From an uncultured Trueperaceae bacterium (GTDB lineage Bacteria > Deinococcota > Deinococci > Deinococcales > Trueperaceae): DNA of 64,000 nucleotides. Positions 1 through 8,788 of this stretch are shown here, piece after piece (within the stretch, counting starts at the first letter, position 1; the number at the start of each line of letters is the position of its first letter). The stretch spans positions 960,001 to 1,024,000 of the forward strand of contig CAWFFU010000003.1 of assembly GCA_963815215.1 (NCBI GenBank). Reading direction: 5' to 3'. The position numbers were made by a program, and so were the translations under genes. The notes under the pieces were generated by a model. The model had not been told where the DNA came from. It worked only from the letters and a program-made list of their open reading frames with translations, and searched no databases.

Positions 1-222
1 GAGGTGGAGGTGCCCAACCGGCCCGGCGCGCTGGCCGCCCTGCTGGCCGCCATCGCCGAGCGCCGCCACAACGTTTCCAGCGTGATGACCTCACGTGCCG
101 ACGCTGAGAGCGTCACCTTCGTGCTGCGGGTGAACACGGTCGACGGTCGTCGTCTGGCCGAGTACCTGCGGAGCGAGGGCTTCGTGATCCTGTGGCCGGT
201 CGACAGGGCCACCGAGCCGTGA
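1..222 (+). CDS. acuB: C-terminal ACT domain of AcuB-like CBS/ACT protein (5' partial)
   Basis: EVPNRPGALAALL...HNVSSV ACT-like motif; TGA overlaps the GTG of the downstream acuC-like gene. Confidence 0.7.
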   Translation, partial: EVEVPNRPGALAALLAAIAERRHNVSSVMTSRADAESVTFVLRVNTVDGRRLAEYLRSEGFVILWPVDRATEP

Positions 223-1463
223 GCGCGGAGGCGGCGGGCGGCCGCCAGAACGGCGCGTCCGCGAGCCCGGCGCTCTTCGTCTACGACCCCTCGCTGGCGG
301 AGTACGAGTTCTCCCCCGAGCACCCGTTCCGGCCTGAGCGGCTCGAGCTCACCCGCACCCTGCTCGAGTTCGTCGGCGCGTTGAGCCCAGCGGACTTCGC
401 CGGGGTGACCCCCATCACGGAGCGCGAGCTGGCCCGCGTCCACTCCACGCGCTATATCGACGCGGTACGGCACGCTTCGCGCGGGGAGGTCCACGAAGAG
501 GCCTACAACTTCGGGCTCGGAACCGGCGACAACCCGATCTTCCCCGACATGCACGAGGCGGTCCTGGGGGTGTGCAGCAGTACCGTCACCGCCGTGGAGT
601 TGGTGGCGAGCGGCGCTGCGCGGCGCGCGGTCAACCTGGCGGGCGGCCTGCACCACGCCATGCGTGCCAAGGCATCGGGATTCTGCGTGTACAACGACCT
701 CGCCCTCGGCATCCGTCGCGCCGTCGACGAACACGGCCTGCGCGTGGCCTACGTCGACCTCGACGTGCACCACGGCGACGGAGTGCAGTGGCTGTTCTAC
801 GACTCGCCCGACGTGATGACCGTCAGCCTGCACGAGTCCGGGCGTTACCTGTTCCCCGGTACGGGACACACCTACGAAACCGGCCGCGGGCCCGGGCGCG
901 GGACGTCGGTCAACATGCCACTGGAACCCTTCACCGAGGACGCCTCCTTCCTCGAGGTCTTCGAGCAGGTGGTCCCTCGCGCGATCGAGGCCTTCCGGCC
1001 CGATCTGATCGTGCTCCAGGCCGGGGCCGACATGCACCGCAACGACCCGCTTGCCGACCTCAGCCTCAGCCTGGCCGCGATGGGCGCGAGCTACCGGCGG
1101 ATGGCGGAGTTGAGCGAGCGCTTCACCGGCGGCCGCCTGGTGGCGACCGGCGGAGGCGGCTACGACCCCTACCGCACCGTGCCACGGGCGTGGGCACTGC
1201 TGTGGGCCGCGGTCACCGGCCGGGAGCTGCCCGAGTTCCTCCCCGAGACCTGGCGCGAGCGCTGGGCGGCCAGGAGCCCGGTGGGGCTGCCCGAGCGGAT
1301 GCTCGACGATCCCTCCGGCTGGGCGCCGGTCCCGCGGCGTGAAACGGTAAGCTCGCACAACCGGGCCGTGGCGACACGGCTCATGGAGGTACTCGAGACC
1401 ATCTGGAGCGGCCACGGCGCGCATCCAACAGGCGCCGGCGAGGATCGGGAGGACTCCCCATGA
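219..1463 (+). CDS. acuC: Acetoin utilization protein AcuC / Zn-dependent histone-deacetylase family
   Basis: HPFRPERL, GGLHHA, SGFC, DLDVHHGDGV, SLHE, GGGGY motifs; GTG start at 219 in a GTGA overlap. Confidence 0.9.
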   Translation: MSAEAAGGRQNGASASPALFVYDPSLAEYEFSPEHPFRPERLELTRTLLEFVGALSPADFAGVTPITERELARVHSTRYIDAVRHASRGEVHEEAYNFGLGTGDNPIFPDMHEAVLGVCSSTVTAVELVASGAARRAVNLAGGLHHAMRAKASGFCVYNDLALGIRRAVDEHGLRVAYVDLDVHHGDGVQWLFYDSPDVMTVSLHESGRYLFPGTGHTYETGRGPGRGTSVNMPLEPFTEDASFLEVFEQVVPRAIEAFRPDLIVLQAGADMHRNDPLADLSLSLAAMGASYRRMAELSERFTGGRLVATGGGGYDPYRTVPRAWALLWAAVTGRELPEFLPETWRERWAARSPVGLPERMLDDPSGWAPVPRRETVSSHNRAVATRLMEVLETIWSGHGAHPTGAGEDREDSP

Positions 1464-2344
1464 GGATCGGATTCATCGGACTGGGCACCATGGGCGCGCC
1501 CATGGCACGGCGCCTGCTCGAAGCAGGCCACGAGGTCACCGTGCACAACCGCACGCGTGGGCGCGAGGAGCCCCTCGAGCGACTCGGCGCCCGGCGCGCC
1601 GCCACGCCGCGCGAGTGCGCCCGCGACCAGGAGCTGGTGTTCACCATGGTGAGCGACACGCCCGACGTCCAGGCCGTGGTGCTCGGCGAGGAGGGAGCGG
1701 TCGAGGGCATGGAGAAGGGCGCGGTGCTCGTCGATATGAGCACCATCAGCCCCGCCACCACCCGGCTGATCGCCGCCGCGCTCGAGGACCGCGGCGTGGC
1801 GATGCTGGACGCCCCGGTGTCGGGCGGCAGCGAGGGCGCCGAGCGCGGCACGCTGTCGATCATGGTGGGCGGCGACGCCGCCGTTCTGGAGCGGTTGCGC
1901 GATGTGCTGGGGGTACTCGGGAAGACCGTGACCCATGTCGGCCCGATCGGCAGCGGACAGGTCACCAAGGCCGTCAACCAGGTCATCATCGCGGGCACCT
2001 ACGCGGCCATCGCCGAGGGCCTGGCCCTGGGCCTGGCGGCGGGCATCGACATCGAGGCGGCTCACGCCGCCGTGTCGGGCGGCGCCGCGGGCTCCTGGGG
2101 GCTGACCCATCGCGGGCCGAACATGATCCACAACCACTACCCGCTGGGCTTCCGTACGCGACTGCACCGCAAGGATCTCGGCATCGCGCTGGAGGCGGCG
2201 CGCGAGTTGGGCGTGTCCATCCCCCTCGCCGCTTACGTCGAGCAACTCGAGACCAGCCTGATCAAGCGGGGGTTCGGCGACGAGGACGTCTCCAACATCG
2301 CGCGCGTCGTACGCGAGCAGGCGGGCCTGGAGGAGCAGGGCTGA
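1460..2344 (+). CDS. NAD(P)-dependent oxidoreductase, 3-hydroxyisobutyrate dehydrogenase / tartronate semialdehyde reductase family
   Basis: IGFIGLGTMG, DAPVSGG, K-x-x-NQ motifs. Confidence 0.9.
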   Translation: MRIGFIGLGTMGAPMARRLLEAGHEVTVHNRTRGREEPLERLGARRAATPRECARDQELVFTMVSDTPDVQAVVLGEEGAVEGMEKGAVLVDMSTISPATTRLIAAALEDRGVAMLDAPVSGGSEGAERGTLSIMVGGDAAVLERLRDVLGVLGKTVTHVGPIGSGQVTKAVNQVIIAGTYAAIAEGLALGLAAGIDIEAAHAAVSGGAAGSWGLTHRGPNMIHNHYPLGFRTRLHRKDLGIALEAARELGVSIPLAAYVEQLETSLIKRGFGDEDVSNIARVVREQAGLEEQG

Positions 2345-2356
2345 AGGCCGGCGCGC

Positions 2357-3085
2357 TCAAGGGCCGCGCCGCGCCACCATCCACACGCGCGCCGCGTCCT
2401 CCGAGGCGCTCCCGCCACTGGGGTAGGTCAGGGCCTCCACCGAGGTGAAGCCGGCCGCCTCGAGCAACCGCGTCGCCTCCGGCGGATCGTAGGGGCGTTC
2501 GTAGTGCACCTCGGTGAAGGGGCCGCTCTCGGTCTCGCAGAAGGCCTCGACCCTGGCTAGCGAGGCTGCTTCGTCGAAAGAGTGGACCCAGCGGAAGTAC
2601 ACCTCGTCGGCCCACCCCTCCACCCGGCCGCCCTCCCACAGGTCGCGCAGGCCGACGGTGGTATTCACGTCGAAGATGAACAGACCGCCCGGGAGCAGGT
2701 GGTCGAACACGCGCCGGGCGGTGGCTTCGAAGTCGTGGGGCTCGAGCAGGTTGTTCAGGGCATCGAACACCGAGTAGACCAGCGTGAAGCGCCGCGGCAG
2801 CGTCATCGTCCGGAAGTCGCTGCAGTAGAAGCTCACCGTCGGGAGCTTGCGCTGCGCCACACGCAGCATCGACTCCGAGGCGTCGAGGCCGGACACGTCG
2901 ACGCCGAGCGCGCGCATCGGGAGGGTCGCATTGCCGGTCCCGCAGCCCACGTCCAACGCCGCGCCCCCCTGCCAACCCCGCTCGCGCGCCAACCGCAGGA
3001 TGAACGCCGCCCAGTCGTCGTACTCGACGTCAGCCATGATGGCGTCGTAGACGTCCGCCAGAGCGGTGAAGGGAGCGCGTGCCAT
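2357..3085 (-). CDS. Class I SAM-dependent methyltransferase
   Basis: ALDVGCGTG motif I, GLDAS, LLPGGLFIFD; TATACT 8 nt before ATG. Confidence 0.9.
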   Translation of the reverse strand: MARAPFTALADVYDAIMADVEYDDWAAFILRLARERGWQGGAALDVGCGTGNATLPMRALGVDVSGLDASESMLRVAQRKLPTVSFYCSDFRTMTLPRRFTLVYSVFDALNNLLEPHDFEATARRVFDHLLPGGLFIFDVNTTVGLRDLWEGGRVEGWADEVYFRWVHSFDEAASLARVEAFCETESGPFTEVHYERPYDPPEATRLLEAAGFTSVEALTYPSGGSASEDAARVWMVARRGP

Positions 3086-3210
3086 GCGCGCTCAGTATAC
3101 GCGGGGCCACCCGACTCGCATCTCGTCCTCGCTGCTGACGGCAGGTGCCTGGAGCAGCCCGGCACATGGTGGGCTGCGCCGCTGTGGCCCGCGGCCACCC
3201 TGCTAGCCTC

Positions 3211-3275
3211 GAGGAGAACTTTGAGGGTCGCCTCGCATCCGCTGCCCCCCGGCGAGGCTGCTCTCAAGGTTCCTC
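3211..3275 (+). ncRNA. Candidate small structured RNA (long hairpin)
   Basis: Arms 3216-3236 and 3252-3272 give 20/21 pairs on the + strand, 3 of them G-U; TAGCCT -10-like hexamer at 3204-3209. Confidence 0.35.
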
Positions 3276-3375
3276 TGTGTCGGGCACGTCCACGTGCGCA
3301 CCGCGCATCGTGCGCACCGCGCATCGTGCACAGCGGCGCCGGCGCGCCGGGCCCGGCCAGCAGCGGTGCGGCGCC

Positions 3376-4380
3376 TCAGGTCGAGCGCTCCGCCCCTTCC
3401 CTGACTACCAGGACGATCTTGCCGACGTTGCGGTTGGCCCGCATGCGCTCGTGGGCCTCGGCCACCTCGGCGATCGGCACGACGCTGTCGATGACGGGGT
3501 CGAGGCGTCCCTCGGCCAGCGCCTGTCCGAAGCGGTCCTCGAAGGCCTGGCGGATGCGCACCTTCTCGGCCAGCGGCCGGGAGCGGAGCGTCGACCCCTT
3601 CAGGGTCGCCCGCATCGCCATCAGACGACGGATGTCGAAGCTCGCCCTACTGCCTCCGAGGGTAGCGATGAACACCATGCGTCCGCCTACGCGCAGCAGC
3701 TCGAGGTTGCGTTCGAAGTAGGGCTCCCCCACCATGTCGAGGACGACATCGACGCAGCCGCCGCCGGCGGCCGTCCCGGTGTGCTCCCGGACCGCCTCCG
3801 CGAAGTCCCGCCGCGGGTAATCGACCGCGAGCTCCGCACCCAGTCGGCGACAGGTGGCCACCTTCGCGTCGCTGCCGGCGGTGGCGAACACCGAGGCACC
3901 GGCCAGCGTCGCCTGCTGGATGGCGGCCGTCCCCACGCCGCTGGCGCCACCGTGGATCAGTACCCGCTCCCCCGCCCGCAGTCCCGCCTCCAGGAAGAGG
4001 TTGAGGAACGCCGTGAAGGCGGCCTCCGGCAGCGCCGCTGCCTGGGCGCAGCTCCAACCCTCGGGCACCGGCATGAGCATCGCGGCCGGGACCGCCACGC
4101 GCTCGGCGTAGCCGCCCCCCGGCAGCAGGGCGGACACGCGGTCGCCGACGTGCACACCGCGCACTCCGTCGGGCACCTCGCTGACGACGCCCGCCATCTC
4201 CAGCCCCAGGATGTCGCTCTCGCCGGCCGGCGGCGGGTAGTGTCCGGCGCGCTGCGACAGGTCGGCGCGGTTGAGCGCCGTGGCATGGACGTCGACCATC
4301 ACCTCGCCGGGCCGGAGCACCGGGTCCGGCACCTCGCGATACGCGAGCGCGCCCCCTTCGCCAACCACGATCGCCTTCAT
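3376..4380 (-). CDS. NAD(P)H-quinone oxidoreductase, PIG3 family (MDR)
   Basis: ALNRAD, GHYPPP, LGLEMAG, LIHGGASGVG, GSTLRSR, GKIVL; GGAGG RBS before ATG 4380. Confidence 0.9.
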   Translation of the reverse strand: MKAIVVGEGGALAYREVPDPVLRPGEVMVDVHATALNRADLSQRAGHYPPPAGESDILGLEMAGVVSEVPDGVRGVHVGDRVSALLPGGGYAERVAVPAAMLMPVPEGWSCAQAAALPEAAFTAFLNLFLEAGLRAGERVLIHGGASGVGTAAIQQATLAGASVFATAGSDAKVATCRRLGAELAVDYPRRDFAEAVREHTGTAAGGGCVDVVLDMVGEPYFERNLELLRVGGRMVFIATLGGSRASFDIRRLMAMRATLKGSTLRSRPLAEKVRIRQAFEDRFGQALAEGRLDPVIDSVVPIAEVAEAHERMRANRNVGKIVLVVREGAERST

Positions 4381-4475
4381 GCGGGCCTCCTCCCGTCCCA
4401 TGCTAACGCGCGTGCCCGTCGCGACGTCCGACCCTCCTCCGTACGGGCCTCACGCAGACCTGTTAGCGTAGCGCC

Positions 4476-5486
4476 ATGATCGGTGTTGATCTCGGGACGA
4501 CGAACGTCCGCATCCATGTGAAGGGTAAGGGCGTGATGCTCCGCGAACCCGCCGTGATCGCGGTCGTCAAGGGCACCACCGACGTCAAGGCCGTCGGACA
4601 GGATGCCTACCGCATGCTCGGCCGGACGCCGGGCAACATCACCGCCGTCCGGCCCATGGCCGATGGCGTGATCGCCGACTACACGCTCACCGAGAAGATG
4701 CTCAAGGCCTTCATCTCGAAGGTCCTGACCGGCGCCAACCGCCTGCTCCGCCCCAACATCATGGTCTGCATCCCCAGCGGCATCACCGAGGTCGAGAAGC
4801 GCGCCGTGCTCCAAGCGGTCAACGAGATCGGGGCGCGCAAGGCGTTCCTCATCGAGGAGCCGGTCGCCGGAGCCATCGGCGCCGGCGTCAACATCGCCGA
4901 TCCGGTCGGCTCGATGGTCATCGACATCGGCGGCGGAACCACCGACATCGCCATCATCAGCATGGGCGGGATCGTCGTCTCCGAGAGCCTGCGCATCGCA
5001 GGCAACACCTTCGACCGCGACCTCATGGCCTTCATCAAGGCGCAGCACAACCTGCTCATCGGCGACCGGACCGCCGAGGAGATCAAGCGCACGGTGGGCG
5101 CCGCGGTGCTCGCCTCGGACGAAGACGACCGCGGCATGGAGGTGCGCGGCCGCGATCTCATCGACGGCATGCCCAAGAGCGTCACCATCACCACCGAAGA
5201 CGTGGTACGCAGCCTCAACGGGTCGCTCGACAAGATCGCGGCGGGCGTGCGGAAGGTGCTCGAGCACGCGCCCCCCGAGCTCGTCTCGGACGTCATCGAG
5301 CGTGGCATCGTGATGACGGGGGGCGGCGCCAAGCTACGCAACCTCGACGCTTTTCTCAGGCGCGTGACCAACATCCCGGTGGCGGTCGCCGAGTCGCCGG
5401 AGGACTGCGTGGTCCTCGGGACGGCCAAGGCGCTCGACATGTCGCACGTGCTGCAAGATGCCCGCAGCACGGTGCTGCGCTACTGA
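4476..5486 (+). CDS. mreB: Rod shape-determining protein MreB-family actin homologue
   Basis: IGVDLGTTN, GRTPGNI, RPMADGVIAD, DIGGGTTD, TGGGA motifs. Confidence 0.92.
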   Translation: MIGVDLGTTNVRIHVKGKGVMLREPAVIAVVKGTTDVKAVGQDAYRMLGRTPGNITAVRPMADGVIADYTLTEKMLKAFISKVLTGANRLLRPNIMVCIPSGITEVEKRAVLQAVNEIGARKAFLIEEPVAGAIGAGVNIADPVGSMVIDIGGGTTDIAIISMGGIVVSESLRIAGNTFDRDLMAFIKAQHNLLIGDRTAEEIKRTVGAAVLASDEDDRGMEVRGRDLIDGMPKSVTITTEDVVRSLNGSLDKIAAGVRKVLEHAPPELVSDVIERGIVMTGGGAKLRNLDAFLRRVTNIPVAVAESPEDCVVLGTAKALDMSHVLQDARSTVLRY

Positions 5487-5502
5487 CGCCACCGCACCCG
5501 GC

Positions 5503-5658
5503 TCAGGCCGGAGCTTCCCAGTATGTGTACCCGTGGTCGGTGGCGAAGCCGACCGATCCGTAGACGGCTCGCGCCGCCTCGTTGGCCGGGTGGACCGGCA
5601 GGTAGGCCTCGCGTGCTCCGCGATCCGACCCCCAGCCCGCCAGCGCGCGCAGCGTCAC
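5503..5658 (-). pseudogene. 5'-truncated GNAT acetyltransferase remnant (51 codons)
   Basis: Manual translation VTLRALAGWGSDRGAREAYLPVHPANEAARAVYGSVGFATDHGYTYWEAPA*, a typical GNAT C-terminal N-x-x-A-x-x-x-Y-x-x-x-GF motif; not in the ORF track. Confidence 0.6.
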
Positions 5659-6101
5659 GCCCCGGCCGACCCGCCTTCGATCGCGACCAGCTCGAGTTCG
5701 AAGCTCAGCGGTTCTCCGGCGAGCGGATGGTTGGCGTCGAGCGTGACGCTCTGTTCGCCGACCTCGGCCACGGTCACGGGCACGGGCTGCCCATCGGGCT
5801 GCCGCAGCTCGAGCCGCATGCCCGGCGCGATCTCCATGTCCGCGGGGATCTGGTCCTTGGGCAGGTCGAGCACGAGATCCTCGCGCCGCTCCCCGTAGGC
5901 GTCATCGGCTTCGATGCGCGTCTGGCACGCCTCGCCGACCTCCATCCCTTCGACCGCGCGCTCGAACCCGGCGATCACCTGCCCGGATCCCACCGTGAAC
6001 TCGAGCGGTTCGCGTTCACGCGAGGAGTCGAAGACGGTGCCGTCGTCGAGGCGTCCGGTGTAGTGGACGCGCACAGTGTCGCCAGACTTGGCTGTGGCCA
6101 T
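5655..6101 (-). CDS. slyD: FKBP-type peptidyl-prolyl cis-trans isomerase (SlyD/FkpB-like)
   Basis: GDTVRVHYTGRL, FDSS, AYG, LDANHPLAG. Confidence 0.9.
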   Translation of the reverse strand: MATAKSGDTVRVHYTGRLDDGTVFDSSREREPLEFTVGSGQVIAGFERAVEGMEVGEACQTRIEADDAYGERREDLVLDLPKDQIPADMEIAPGMRLELRQPDGQPVPVTVAEVGEQSVTLDANHPLAGEPLSFELELVAIEGGSAGA

Positions 6102-6239
6102 GGCGGCCTCCTTCCCTGCGCCGGCACGCCGACGCGACGCGAACGTCCCGACGACGCTCCCGCCGCAGTCCGCGCAGTCTACCCGTGGTCTCGGCCGGGC
6201 CGTGGTGGGTGAATCACGAAGCCCGGCGTGAGAGGCCGC

Positions 6240-6782
6240 TCAATGGATCACGAAGATGCCCAGCAGGCCCCCGGCCACGATCAGGATCGCCGGATGCACG
6301 TTGAAGCGGATGGAAAGGAAGAACGCGGCCGCCGCCAGCAACCATAACGCCCAGTTCTTCAGCCATTGCGGCGGCAGGCCGAACGCGCGCGGCGCGAACT
6401 CCCACACCACCAACGCGAGCAGGGCGATGACCACCGGGCGAACACCGCGCAGGAAGTTCTCGAACACGGGGCTGTTGCGGTAGCGAAGGTAGAGGCTTCC
6501 CAGCGCGATCATGGCGATGATGGTGGGCACGGCCACGCCGATGAGGCCCATGGCCGCCCCCGGCCAGCCCGACACCTTGAAGCCGACGTAGCCCGCCATC
6601 TTGGTGGCGATCGGGCCCGGCAGTGCGCTGCCGAAGGCGAAGGCGTCGAGGAACTCGTCCTTGGTGAGCCAGTGCTGGACCTCGACGACCTCCTCCTGGA
6701 TGAGCGGGATCATCGAGGGCCCTCCGCCGAAGCCGAACAGCCCGACCTTGGCGAACGACCAGAACAGTTGGAGGAGCTGCAT
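6240..6782 (-). CDS. Short-chain chromate transporter (CHR family)
   Basis: GLFGFGGG, LPGPIAT, LRGVRPVVIAL. Confidence 0.88.
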   Translation of the reverse strand: MQLLQLFWSFAKVGLFGFGGGPSMIPLIQEEVVEVQHWLTKDEFLDAFAFGSALPGPIATKMAGYVGFKVSGWPGAAMGLIGVAVPTIIAMIALGSLYLRYRNSPVFENFLRGVRPVVIALLALVVWEFAPRAFGLPPQWLKNWALWLLAAAAFFLSIRFNVHPAILIVAGGLLGIFVIH

Positions 6783-6830
6783 GTTGCCGAGTCTACCGTT
6801 CCAGGCGCGAGCGGGCGCCGATCAAGCGGC

Positions 6831-7736
6831 TCACCCCTCCACGCTCGTCTCGCGCACATCGAAGACGTCGCGCAGGTAGTCGCCGAAGAAGTTGATGCTC
6901 AACACCGTGATCATGATGGCCACACCCGGGAAGATGCCGAGCCACCAGGCGCGGCTGATGAAGCTGCGCGCGTCGCTGAGGATGAGGCCCCAGGTGGGCG
7001 TCGAGGCCTTCACTCCGAGCCCCAGGAAGCTCAGTCCGGCCTCGGCCAGGATAGCGTAGGACACGCTGACCGTGGCCTGCACGATGAGCGGGGCCATCGA
7101 GTTCGGCAGGATGTGCCGCAGCATCAGGCGGACGTCCGACGCGCCCAGCGCGCGCGCGGCCTCCACGAAGTCGCGCTCGCGCACGGTCAGCACCATGCCG
7201 CGCGCGATCCGCGCGAAATCGTCCAGGAACGCCAGCGCCACGGCGATGATGACGTTGGACAGCCCGGTCCCGAAGACGGCCACCAGGTACACCGCGATGA
7301 TGAAGTTGGGGAACGCCCACTGCAGATCGATGTAGCGCATGATGATGGTGTCCAGCCAGCCACCGTAGTAACCGGCCAGCACGCCCATGATCACGCCCAG
7401 GACCATCGAGGACACGACCGTCACGATGCCCACGAACAGGGAGATGCGCGCGCCGAAGATGACCCGGCTGAGCAGATCGCGACCCAGGTCGTCGGTGCCG
7501 AAGGGGTGGGCCCAGCTCGGCGGGGTCAACATGTCGAACGCCATGGAGGTCGGATCGGCGGGTGACACGTAGGGCGCCAGCGCGGCGGCGCCGACCAGCA
7601 CCACCAGCACCGCCAAGGAGATCGAGGCGCGCCGGTCGGCGAGCAGCAGCTTGAGCCAGCGCGGGCGCTTCTGCCGCGGGCGTACGGTCTGCGCGGCGCT
7701 CGGTCGGAGGGGGACGGGATCGGCCATGCGCTTCAC
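6831..7736 (-). CDS. Peptide/nickel ABC transporter permease (DppC-like)
   Basis: HPFGTDDLGRD, EAARALGAS, EAGLSFLGLG. Confidence 0.92.
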   Translation of the reverse strand: MKRMADPVPLRPSAAQTVRPRQKRPRWLKLLLADRRASISLAVLVVLVGAAALAPYVSPADPTSMAFDMLTPPSWAHPFGTDDLGRDLLSRVIFGARISLFVGIVTVVSSMVLGVIMGVLAGYYGGWLDTIIMRYIDLQWAFPNFIIAVYLVAVFGTGLSNVIIAVALAFLDDFARIARGMVLTVRERDFVEAARALGASDVRLMLRHILPNSMAPLIVQATVSVSYAILAEAGLSFLGLGVKASTPTWGLILSDARSFISRAWWLGIFPGVAIMITVLSINFFGDYLRDVFDVRETSVEG

Positions 7737-8680
7737 CTCAACCGGATGCGGGGGTCGATCACCGTGTACAGCACGTCGACCACGAGATTCGTAGCAACGA
7801 AGATGGCGGACACGACCAGGATCGCCCCCTGGACGACCGGGTAGTCACGATTGAGGATGCCCTGGATCAGCACCCTTCCCAGCCCCTTGATGGCGAAGAC
7901 GTTCTCCACCACCACCGCACCGGCCATGAGCAGCGCGAAGGCGATGCCGGTGACCGTGACCACGGGGATCAGGGCGTTGCGGAAGGCGTGCTTCATCACC
8001 ACGCGTTCCTCGACCAGCCCCTTGGAGCGCGCCACGGTGATGAAGTCCATCTTCATGACTTCCAGCATCGAGGAGCGGATCATGCGCGCCAGGATGGCGG
8101 AGAAGGCTGTGCCGATGGCGGTCGCCGGCAGGATCAGGTGCCGGATCCAGGGGATGAAGCCGTCGCTGAGCGGTGCGTAGCCGATGGCCGGGAACCACCG
8201 CAGATGCACCGCGAACACGATGATGAGCACGATCCCGAGCCAGAAGTCCGGCATCGACAGGCCCAGGAACGCCAGGAAAGTGAAGCCGTGGTCCAGCGCC
8301 GAGTTCTTGCGCACCGCCGAGATGATGCCGGCGGGAACGGCGATGGCCATGGCGATCACGAAGGCGAGCAGAGCCAGTGACATGGTGCGCGGCAACGATT
8401 CCGAGATGATCTGCGTCACCGGCACCCGGCTGCCGTAGATCGAGGCCCCGAGATCGCCGTGGGCGATGTTCCACATCCACAGGCCGTACTGCACGTACAC
8501 GGGCTTGTCGAGCCCGTACTTGTGGCGCAGCACGTCGGCGGCGTGCGGGTCACCGATGTCGAAGAGCATGGCCTGCAGGGGATCGCCGGGGACCGCCCTC
8601 AGCATGAAGAACACCAACGTCGCCACCGCCCACATCACCAGGATGGCGGCCACGATCCGCTTCAGAAGATAGGTCGTCAC
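7733..8680 (-). CDS. Peptide/nickel ABC transporter permease (DppB-like)
   Basis: PGDP, GLDKP, ARSKGL, RDYPVVQG, DPRIR; probable GTG start at 8680. Confidence 0.92.
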   Translation of the reverse strand: MTTYLLKRIVAAILVMWAVATLVFFMLRAVPGDPLQAMLFDIGDPHAADVLRHKYGLDKPVYVQYGLWMWNIAHGDLGASIYGSRVPVTQIISESLPRTMSLALLAFVIAMAIAVPAGIISAVRKNSALDHGFTFLAFLGLSMPDFWLGIVLIIVFAVHLRWFPAIGYAPLSDGFIPWIRHLILPATAIGTAFSAILARMIRSSMLEVMKMDFITVARSKGLVEERVVMKHAFRNALIPVVTVTGIAFALLMAGAVVVENVFAIKGLGRVLIQGILNRDYPVVQGAILVVSAIFVATNLVVDVLYTVIDPRIRLR

Positions 8681-8738
8681 GGTTGTCCTACCTCGGGCCA
8701 CCGAGCGGTGGCCGTTCGAAAGAGCCCGGCGCGGAGGG

Positions 8739-8768
8739 GGTCGCCGGGCCCGTGCGGGCCCGGCGACC
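8739..8768 (-). terminator. Perfect GC-rich hairpin between SBP and permease genes (mRNA stabiliser or partial terminator)
   Basis: ggtcgccgggccc-gcac-gggcccggcgacc; no U-tract. Confidence 0.55.
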
Positions 8769-8788
8769 GGCGAGCGGTCCTGTCGCGC

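Noticed and set aside
3135..3180. SRP RNA (CAGG...AGCAG-like segment)
   Set aside because: Lacks the GNRA-capped helix 8 geometry and the long flanking stem
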